Part shown: in pieces, positions 54,696 to 64,000 of the stretch
Layout: the number at the start of each line of letters is the position of its first letter
How positions within the stretch are numbered: the first letter of the stretch is position 1
DNA from: Felis catus
Lineage: Eukaryota
DNA length: 64,000 nt
Assembly: GCF_018350175.1 (NCBI RefSeq)
Contig: NC_058369.1
Coordinates: 9,302,001 to 9,366,000 of the forward strand
Reading direction: 5' to 3'
Position numbers and translations under genes: made by a program
The notes under the pieces: generated by a model
Databases searched by the model: none
Seen by the model: only the letters and a program-made list of their open reading frames with translations
Told to the model about the DNA's origin: nothing

Positions 54696-55249
54696 CCTGA
54701 GAACCGAGCGTCAACCCGCCTCTGACTCAGGGCTTCCGGGGATGTTTCCTCAGTGCACAGGTGGGTGGCGTTTGCGTGGAGTGGCTCGGGGACACACAGG
54801 GACCGATAATCATGCCGGGAAGGGGAGGCTAGGACGGTCCTCAGGGGGTGGGGGGACATCTGGGCCTTCAAAGTGGAGTGGGATTGAACAACGGGACGGG
54901 GCAGGAGGGGGGCGGGCACAGCTGGGACACGCGGTGAGGGTTCCAGCCCCAACAGAACCACCCCAAGAGCCACGGCCCATCTAACCAGCCGCCACGTCCC
55001 CTCTACTGTCCCAGTGTTTTCCCTTTTCCTCAGCCTTTCCCTGCCCTCACCTGCTGTCACCTCCCTCGCTGGGTGCTATTCGCTGTCACTGCCTTGGGTC
55101 TAGAGACACGTCCGTCCGCGGCCAGTGGGTTTGCCTGCCCTCCCCACTCCCGCCCTCCCTCCCTTCCCTTCTTTCCTTTCCTTCCTTTCTTTTTCTTTCT
55201 TTTGGCAAAACACATGTAACATTAAATCAACCTGTGTGTCTGTATGTTT

Positions 55250-56723
55250 GTATGTGAGCTCAACGCCCAACATGAGGCTTGAACTCGCGACCCTGAGATC
55301 AAGAGTCTCACGCTGTCACAGCCTGAGTTAGCCAGGCGCCCCTAAATTAGCCATTTTAAAGTGGATGATTGCCTGGCATTTAGTACGTTCACCATCACGT
55401 TTTGTGCCTGGCTCCTTTCAGTTAGCGTGGTTTTGAGATTCATCCACGTTGTATGATGTAGCAAAACTTTGTGCCTAAAAAAGCTACACTAAAATAAAAC
55501 TAAACCTTTTTGCCTGTTTAAAAAAAAAAAAAAGACAAATTGGATAATAAATTCAGAGGGAAAAAAACCTTTGTTCTTTTTTTAAAAGTTTATTTATTTT
55601 TAATGTTTATTTATTTTTGAGAGACAGAGAGACAGAGCGCGAGCAGGGGAGGGGCAGAGCGAGAGGGAGACACGGAATCCGAAGCAGGCTCCAGGCTCCG
55701 AGCTGTCAGCCCAGGGCCCGACGCGGGGCTCGAACCCACGAACTGTGGGATCATGACCTGAGCCGAAGTCGGACGCTTCACCGACTCAGCCACCCAGGCG
55801 CCCCTACTTTTTAAAATTGTCATAAAAGACACGTAAGATTTACCATTTGAACCATTCTTAAGTGAAAGTTCAGTGGCTTTGCGTATATTCACCTTGTCAC
55901 GCAGCCCTCCCCACCATCCATCCCCAGCACCTTTTCATCTTCCCAAACTGAAACTCTGTCCCTGTTAAACGCGAGTCCCCTACTCCCTCCCCACCCTCTG
56001 GTAATCACCCGATCCACTCTCTGTCCCTAAGTCAATGGAAGTCCGAGCATGCCAGTCCTCCTGAACCTTCAGTGGCTCCCTACTGCCCTCAGGATAAAGA
56101 CCCAATAGTCCCGAGGAGGATGCACGTTGCATCCTGGTCCTCGCAGTGTGCTCCTTCTCCGTCTCATGGACACTTCCCCTTCCCTTTCTGAGGAAGGCCA
56201 GCTTCCTCCCAGCAGTCGTTATGTCCATGCTTTCTCTTCGGGTTTGTTGGTGTAGGTCTCTTGATGTGCTTTGTGCCTCCTCCATCTGCCCGTGAGCCCA
56301 CGCGATATGGACAGTGCCCGTCTTACTCACTACTGAGCATGCCCTCACTGCTCCTGGACCTGTGCCCGACACACAGCTGGTGTTCAACATATAGGAGAAG
56401 GACTGGCAGAAAGCAGGGAGTGGTCAGCCGTCGGGGGGGGGGGAGGGGGGACGGACTGAGGGGGGAGGTGGCGGGTGCTGTTGTATCCCTGGCCACCCGA
56501 CGCGTGGGGGCCAGTCCGGGGCGGAGCCCTGTGGGACCCGCAGCCAGGAGCAGGATGTCCTTGTGTCCTCAGTGAGGTAAGTTCCTGGGGCAGGTTTGAC
56601 TCGCCTTGGCTCAGGGCATCCGCACCATTTGCAACTTCTTTCTTTCTTTCTTTTTATAACAAGATTTACATTTTTTTTTTTTTTTGAGACAGCAAGAGAG
56701 AGAGAGAGCACGAACCTGGGAGG

Positions 56724-56757
<34 letters not shown>

Positions 56758-56877
56758 CCAAAGCAGGCTTTGCCCTGACAGCAGCAAGCGCCAAGTGGGG
56801 CTTGAACTCACGGAACTGTGAGATCATGACCGGAGCCGAAGCGGGTCGCTCAACCGCCTGAGCCACCCAGGCGCCCC
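55250..56877 (-). mobile_element. CAN-SINEs (55250-55342, 55580-55804, 56670-56877) with L1M fragments
   Basis: Reverse-complement SINEC motifs. Confidence 0.8.
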
Positions 56878-57819
56878 ACAATTTGCCATTTCCAGGGCCC
56901 GGTGTGGGCCAAGGAGAGGGGCCTGGATAAAGTCAGGCTTGGCTTTCCCCCAGCTGGCTGGCCTCCTTCTGCCTGACGCTAAATGCCAGCTTGTCGCCCG
57001 TGTCACACGCTGCGCCCCTTCGGGGCGTGTGTTTGCAGTGCTCAGGGCTCTATGGGGGCGGTATCTCTCCGCCAGCCAGTGGCCATTCCCCACCCCTGCG
57101 CCCCCCCCCCCCCCCCCGTTCTTTTTATATCTCACATTTACAGAAAGCCTAAACATCTGAGCCCTTGAGGGAAGGGGCGGGGAGGCAGGGAGGCGGGGGT
57201 GGGGGCGGTGGGGGAGGGGCGGGGCGGGGAGGATGTCTGAACCTCGCACGGAGGGAGGCTGGCTGGGTCAGGGGCGGCCACTGGCTTCCTTCCATCAGTC
57301 CCGGAGCATCAGATGGTGCTGAGCTATATTTAAAGGCTGCTTTCTCCGCCTCCACTGCGGGGTCCTCACCAGGATGGATGAGTCAGAGGAAGGCCTGGCG
57401 TGGCCCCCCCAGGCCCGGCGGGTCTGCCCCGAGAAAGCTGGGAACACCGCCCCAAGAAGCAACCCTGTAACGGCCCCCGGCTGGGTCCCTGGTGACCCGA
57501 GGTCTCCCTTGCCCCGGCTGCCTTCTTTCTCCCAGCCCTGCCCGGGCTCTGCACCAGGGGACAAGCCCAGTGCATGACCCGCCGACTCAGGGGAACCCGC
57601 AGGCCAGCAATGGCTCCCGGGTCTTAGGCACTGGCCTCTGCGGCCGGCGTCTCCTGCCGGATGCCCAAGCCCCCTGCGCCCCCCGACCCCGGAGGCACGC
57701 GGCCTCCTTCTCTTGCTCTACAGCATCATCGACCCGCACGCACACACATCCTTCCTATTTCGCTCCTATTTTATTGATTGGAAGGCTGAGGTCCCCGGTG
57801 GGGACGTATCTCAGCGCCG

Positions 57820-58150
57820 GCCACTCTAACAACCGTCCGAGGGACGTAAGGGCGACAGACGTTTGTTTCTCACGGTTTTGGGGGCTGGGAGTCCAAGATC
57901 AAGGCACCAGCAGGTGGAGCAGACGGTGAGAGCCCTCGCCCCGGTTCACAGACGGCAACTGCTCATCGTACCCCCACCTGGCGGAAGGGCCGAGGGAGGG
58001 CTCCGGGGTCTCCTTCGCAACGGCACGGTTCCCGTTCAGGAGGGGTCTCCTTTGTGGCCTAAACACCTCCTAGAGGCCCTCTCATCATCACCTTGGGGGT
58101 TAGGGTATCAACATATGAATGCGGGTTACAGCAACATAGGACATTCATAG
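57820..58150. mobile_element. MLT1-like MaLR LTR remnant
   Basis: TTTCTCACGGTTTTGGGGGCTGGGAGTCCAAGATCAAGG...CCTTGGGGGTTAGGGTATCAACATATGAAT. Confidence 0.7.
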
Positions 58151-58361
58151 GAGGACACGTGCCTGTGTGGGTGAGGCGGAGCAGTGGAACAGGTAGCCAG
58201 AGGTGACAGAACAGGGATTGGAGGACAGCCTGTCCCACCCTAGCTGTGCCGGCATCACCTGCCTACCCCAGCGCCAAGCCCACAGGCGGGGGCATCCGGC
58301 ATCCTGCCCCGGACCCCCCGGGGAACTGGTGGCACAACAGAGCTCAAGAATGACCCCAGGA

Positions 58362-59240
58362 GGGGCGCCTGGTGGCTCAGTCGGTGAAGCGTCCGACATC
58401 GGCTCAGGTCATGACCTCGAGGTTCGTGGGTTCGAGCCCCGCGTCGGGCTCTGTGCGGACAGCTCGGAGCCTGGAGCCTGCTTCGGATTCTGCGTCTCCC
58501 CCCCTCTCTCTGCCTCTTCCCCGCTCGTGCTCTGTCTCTGTCTCTCAAAAATAAATAAAAAATGTTATAAAAATAACAAAGAAAGCAGATTAGGGGTTGC
58601 GAGAGGCTGAGAGAGGGAGAAATGGGCAGCGACTGCTCATGGGGACAGGGTTTATTCTGAAATCACACAGAGGTGATAGCTGCATAAGACTGTGGGTGTA
58701 CTAGGTGCCATGGAATTGAACACTTTATTTTTTTTTTTAATTTTTTTTTAACGTTTATTTACTTTTGAGACAGAGAGAGACAGAGCATGAATGGGGGAGG
58801 GTCAGAGAGAGAGAGAGGGAGACACAGAATCGGAAACAGGCTCCAGGCTCTGAGCCATCAGCCCAGAGCCCGACGCGGGGCTTGAACTCACGGACTGCGA
58901 GATCATGACCTGAGCCAAAGTCAGCCGCCCAACCGACTGAGCCACCCAGGCGCCCCTGAACACTTTATTTTTATCTATTTATTTTTTGCATTTAAATGTT
59001 TATTTATTTTTGAGGGGCGGCAGGGCAGAGAGAGAGAGGGGGACAGAGGATCCGAAGCGGCCTCTGCAGTGACAGCAGCGAGCCTGATGTGGGGCTCGAA
59101 CTCACGGACCATGAGATCAGGACCTGAGCCAAAGTCGACGCACAACCGACTGAGCCACCCAGGCGCCCCAGAATTGAACCCTTTAAATGGTTAATTTTCA
59201 GTTGTGTGAGTTTCACCTCAACTTGAAAAACCTGAAAAAG
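58362..59240. mobile_element. CAN-SINE (+, 58362-58580) and two stacked minus SINEs (58733-58956, 58975-59169) inside an L1M 3' end
   Basis: TSD copies TGAACACTTTATTTTT 58717/58957 and GAATTGAAC(A/C)CTTTA 58713/59171. Confidence 0.85.
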
Positions 59241-61179
59241 AAAATCACCTGTTCTTTTTTACTTTTTTCAATGGCAACTAGAAAATTGCAATGTGACTGT
59301 TTTCCGACTGCTGCTGGGTGACCCGGCCTAGACCACTGTGCCTCCAGGGGATCCGGTCACATCTGCGTCCTCTGCTCAGCAGGTGAAAAACCCCAGGACC
59401 CTGCTGACCCAGAGCAGGGCAGGGAGGAGCTGTAGTCACGGGGTGGGGGGGCTGAGGTAGGGAGAAGAAACTGTCCATCCACCGGGGGACTTTTGATTGT
59501 CTTGTGTTCCCGAGGTGGCAGGACCGCGCTGTCCCTACCGGTGGGGAGGTGTGGCAGATAGAGACTGGTGCGATACCTTGAGCCACCTTGGGCTTTTGGC
59601 CACCTGAACTTCAAACACCTGGAGACTGTTGTTCCCGGTTGGTGGGTTAGTGGGTTGCACCCCCAGTGGTCCTGGCCGCAGGGAGGCAGCACTTGGGAGA
59701 GGTTTAGGATGAGAGGGGACAAGCGTACTGGGAAAGGGGGCACCACAAGTGCCAGCCAGGAAGGGTGTGTCCTCACCCTCTGGGAGGCCACAGGGCTGAC
59801 TGGAGGGAAACCAGCTGGGTGCACTTTTAAGGTTCCCCTCCCCCCGCCCCCCATGTGACTTCGGGCGAGATCTTGGACAAGGGATTGAACCTTTCTGACC
59901 CTTAGTTTTCTGACCTGCAGATACCTTCCTCGTCTCCTCCTCTTAGCCAGCCCCTCCCCGCACCGTGCTCCCGGAGCTCCTCTGCAGCCCTCCCGCCTCC
60001 CCAGGGCTCTTCCTGAGAAGGAGGAGGCTCACAGGGCCTCCAGCGCCAGCAGCCTCTCCGGCCCCCAAACGCTATAGGTCTTTCCTGAGCCATCTACTCT
60101 GTTCCAAGCAATTGGTAGAAAGTCTTTTCCATAGAGCGGCCGGGCATTTACATCCGTATTGTCCCTGCTGGTCCAGCTTCTGTCTCCGGAGCCGGGAGTA
60201 GGGGTACTGTTGTGCCCCTCACTCCCACCCCAGTGTCTCTACTGCCTGCACCCCCAGCTTAGCGCCTCTCCCCGCAGATTCCCTGAGGGGTCTACCCCGC
60301 CACGCCCTGGCCGTTCGCCGACCGGCCTCTAGGTGGCGCTGCCTATCTGGTGTACCTGCCCGCGTCCCGCCCGCACAACCTCAGCTCGACCCAAGGCTCC
60401 CCTGGGCCCTCTTGGGGGCCAGGAGCTGGGGCTGGAGATTGGAGATGCGGACCTTAACAAGGCCCAGACTTTGTTTTTTTTTTTTTTTTTTGGGGGGGGG
60501 GCTCTGAGTCTCATTTGGTTGTCCAGTTGATCGATTATTACAATATAGTCTTTGATCCCACGGGGAAATGTGGGGCTCCGGAAGCTTTTTTTTTCTTTTT
60601 TTTTTTTGAGAAGTCATCTGGATGCCTTTAAAAACTGTTTCCACATGGCAGAAGCAGTCGTGAATTTTGGAGAATTCAGTAAAATACCAAAGTCTACACA
60701 GCCCTCTGTGGCGCGCCTTCCCAGCCCCCGCTGGAAGGAACCACTGTCCTCAGCGGGCTGCGTATCCCCCCCCCAGATCATTTTTTTTTTTTTTTTTTTT
60801 TTTACAGGAGAAATGCAGTCTCGGAGAATAAGCTGGGCAGGGCGAGGCCTTCTTTACGTTTAAGGGCCGGAGCAGGGCAGCGGGGGGGAGGGCTGGGTCT
60901 GCGCAGACCGCGTGGGAGGCTGGGGGGCGGGGGTAGAGCTCTGGAAAGCTCGCGGGGCCCGATGTGGTGGGCACGTTGGGTGGAGCGCAGAGGGGCTCGG
61001 GCTGCTATTCCGGGCAGGGACGGGAGGCCAGATGGAGCGTGGGTGTCACGTTCAGCAGATGGGGCTGTCATGGCAGATCCAGGGCAGGGGTGGAACCAGA
61101 GCGGCTCCGTGCCCAGCCCCTCTGAAGACTACTCCGGCCAGCAGCCCTTGTCTGCTCGTGCCCGGTTCAGGCCATCTTC

Positions 61180-62622
61180 GTCCGTTTGGGCTGCCACGAC
61201 AGAAGACCACGGACCGGGGGGCTTGTAAGCCACGGAGAGTTATTGTTCACGGCTCTGGAGGCACCAGCAGATGCGGCGTCTGGTGGGGCCTGCTTGCCTC
61301 TTAGCTCAGAGACACCATCTCCTCGCTTTTCCCCCCATGCTGGAAGGGGCGAGAGCTCTCCCCGGGGGGGGGGGGGGGGACTCTTTCATAAGGGCATTAA
61401 TCCAGGTGGTCTGGTGGGGGGGGGGCGGTGCTCAGTCGACTCTTGGCTTTGGCTCAGGTCACGATCTCGGGTCCGTGGGATCGAGCTCCAAGTCGGGCCC
61501 TGCGCTGACAGCTGGGAGCCTGCTTGGGATTCTCTCTCTCTCTCTGCCCTTCCCACACTTGTGCACGTGAGAGCACGCACGTGCGCGCACGCTCTCTCAA
61601 AATAAATAAACATTGAAAATAAAACAAAATCTTTAGGCGTCAGTCAGTTGAGCGATCGACTTCGGCTCAGGTCATGATCTCGTGGTTCGTGAGTTCGAGC
61701 CCCGTGTGGGGCTCTGTGCTGACAGCTCAGAGCCAGGAGCCTGCTTCGGATTCTGTGTCTCTCTGTCTCTCTCCAAAACAAATAAACCTTAAAAAATTAA
61801 ATAAAATCTTTTAAAAAATCTTCTTATGAATGATAAAAGACACTCCTGTGACTTGGGACATCCCAAGGGTTTCAAGAGCTCTGTACCAGGAACTGGGGAC
61901 AGAGACCAAATATATTTCTCATCAAACCACAGGGACCTTGTTTGGAAATCAGGGCTTTGCAGATGTAATTCAGGTAAGGGCAGGGATGAGATCATACTGC
62001 ATTGGGGAGGGGGGTGGGCTAAATCCAGGCGAAGTGTCCTCGTAAGAGAAAGAGACACAGGGACAAGGCCAGGTGAAGACAGAGACAGAGGCGCAGCGAT
62101 GTAGCCACAAGTCAAGGAACGTGTAAGGGTTGCCACCAACCACCGAAAGCTGGACGGGAGACATGGATGGACAGCTTCTACTTCAGGACCTTCGGTGAGA
62201 GCCGCCCCGCCGATACCTTGATTTCCGGACTTCCTGCCTCCCGAGTTGTGAGACAAGAAATTTCTGTTGTTTTAAGCCACTCAGTCTGCGGCGGTTTGTT
62301 ACAGCTCTCCTAGGAGAGTAATATTGCTACTATTTAATGTTTTTAAAGCCATCTGTTCTCTTTTTTCTACTTATGTGTGTTTTTTAATCTTTTTTTTTTT
62401 TTAAAGAATTTTCTTTTTTTGAAACAGCGCATTTATTTCGCGCGCGTAAGAGAGAGCGCACGAGCCGGAGAGGGGCAGAGAGAGAGGGAGAGAGAGAATC
62501 CCAAGCAAGCTCCCCGTGGTCAGCGAGGAGCCCGACACAGGGCTCGAACTCACGAACTGTGAGATCGTGACCTGAGGTGAAATCGAGTCCGATGCTTGAC
62601 CGACTGAGCCACCCAGGCGCCC
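61180..62622. mobile_element. Composite of MLT1 LTR pieces, a MER21-like LTR end (about 61835-61931) and CAN-SINEs (61415-61620, 61636-61800, 62380-62622)
   Basis: MLT1 motif TTTGGAAATCAGGGCTTTGCAGATGTAAT...TTTCTGTTGTTTTAAGCCAC; SINEC motifs. Confidence 0.7.
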
Positions 62623-62912
62623 CTCTCCTTGTGTGTTTCACCACTCTAAGCACCAGTCGTTGCTCTGTAGGTGAGGCTTTTCCAAATGCATGGTGACATA
62701 AGACACGGGCTGAGCGTCGTGTCCTCGTCCTCCTTCCGGTTGCTTCCCTAAAACCAGGCCTTTACCTCCATGCTGCGCAGCGATCCTGAGGAGCCAGTAG
62801 TCCCCATCGTGGGGTGCTATGGTCGGCAGCCACCCACAGATCTGACTGTCCCACGAGTCTCCGAGCCAAGTGCTGTCACCCATCCACACCCCGCCAGTCC
62901 TTTGATGGCAGC

Positions 62913-63458
62913 TGCTGGGGGTCAGAGAGGTGCCACCCCCAAATACGCCACTTGAGGATGATTTTGAGCTGAAGGCAAGTGAGATGCAAAAGAGCTCTTT
63001 GTCCTCCTGTTTTCTACCTAAAAGCAGGGCATCAATTTCCTTTTAAGAAGGTGACAGAAAGTTCCCGTTTTGAAGGTGTCCCCTTTTCTCCTGTGTCGGG
63101 AAGAGAAGGGTGACTCATCACTGAAGACGGCGAGGCACCAGGGTGAGTCTGTATAAACAAACCTTAGGAAACCTTACAAAAATAATCCTTATCTTCCATT
63201 AGTTTCCACCGTATATTTCCTAGTCATTTCCCCATAATTTACTCATCCCTGCAAGCCCAAACTCCCTTTTCTTTGTTAAAATGGTATATAAACCCCTGAG
63301 TCGAATCACTCTTTTGAATTTCACCGCTTTTCTGAGCGCGTAAATATTAATAAAAGTCGTGTGCCTTTTTCCCCGTTAATCCGTCATTTCTCAGTTTAAT
63401 TCACAGGCCTCAGTCACTGACTCTAAGAGGGTAGAGGAAATGTTTTGCCTCCCTGACA
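62913..63458 (+). mobile_element. Solo ERV1 LTR (MER34/MER39-like)
   Basis: TG...CA ends, 4-bp TSD CAGC/CAGT, GCCACCCCCAAATA...GATTTTGAGCTGAAGGCA motif, internal TATATAAA near 63284 and AATAAA near 63349. Confidence 0.75.
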
Positions 63459-64000
63459 CAGTAGTGGGCCCCCATTTCACAGACAGAACATTGAGGCTCA
63501 GAGAGAGAACAGGGGGAAGCTTTAGACTGTAGCGAAGCAGTTCCTTTCAGCCCTGAGGATGTCTGGATCTCTCAGATCATTGTCCCCAGGTAGGAGGCTG
63601 CCCAGGGCATTGGCAGGGTATACTTGGCTTTCAGAGTCCCCATTTCCCTGCCCCTTCTGCAGCCTTCCAGATGACGTGGCTGAGGCCAGAGACTGAGGGG
63701 ATGTGAGACCAGGGCTTAAGCCAAGCCACCCTCTGCCTCTTCCCCTCCTGATTCCCTCCCTCTGAGTCTCCTGGGCAACTTACATTTGCCCCAGCCTGAA
63801 GGTTGTGGGTGATGGAGTCCTGGGGTCCAGCCTCCCTGCACGCAGCCTCAGGTTTGGGCCCAGGGGCTGTGGGGGGCTCTGGCAGGAGGACTTGTTCCCT
63901 TGTGGACAGATGGCTGCGGTTTCCCTGGTTCCAGAGGGAATTGCACGGGACAAATGTGCCGAACAGCTTCAGCACCACGGGAGGTGGGCCTTGGCCAGAG

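Noticed and set aside
37000..64000. Additional protein-coding gene in the distal 27 kb
   Set aside because: All ORFs are SINE/LINE-derived or low complexity; no phase-consistent exon chain was recognised

Overview
Mammalian euchromatic, GC-rich, gene-dense window. The abundant tRNA-derived CAN-SINEs of SINEC_Fc type point to a felid or other feliform carnivore. The gene order matches the TRMT1-NACC1-STX10-IER2 cluster of human 19p13. Contents: (1) 5' part of TRMT1 (minus strand, 10 coding exons, truncated at the window start; intron 5 carries a 2.4-kb 5'-truncated LINE-1); (2) complete NACC1 (plus, 533 aa, BTB + BEN), divergent from TRMT1; (3) complete STX10 (minus, 249 aa), convergent with NACC1; (4) IER2 (plus, single coding exon, 223 aa) with an upstream CArG/Ets serum response element; (5) about 27 kb of repeat-rich intergenic DNA with orphan CpG-rich patches. 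Splice junctions were read by hand and phase-checked; protein comparisons with human are from memory, not from a search. No prokaryotic-type system, CRISPR array or true RNA gene is evident. The most notable signals are an 86-codon spliced uORF overlapping the NACC1 start out of frame, and two non-canonical introns in STX10: a U12 AT-AC intron, and a weak GC-AG final intron whose retention would give an NMD-immune, anchor-less isoform that stops inside the poly(A) signal. Also noted are a perfect CLEAR element at STX10 and repeated retrotransposon reuse of the same target sites.
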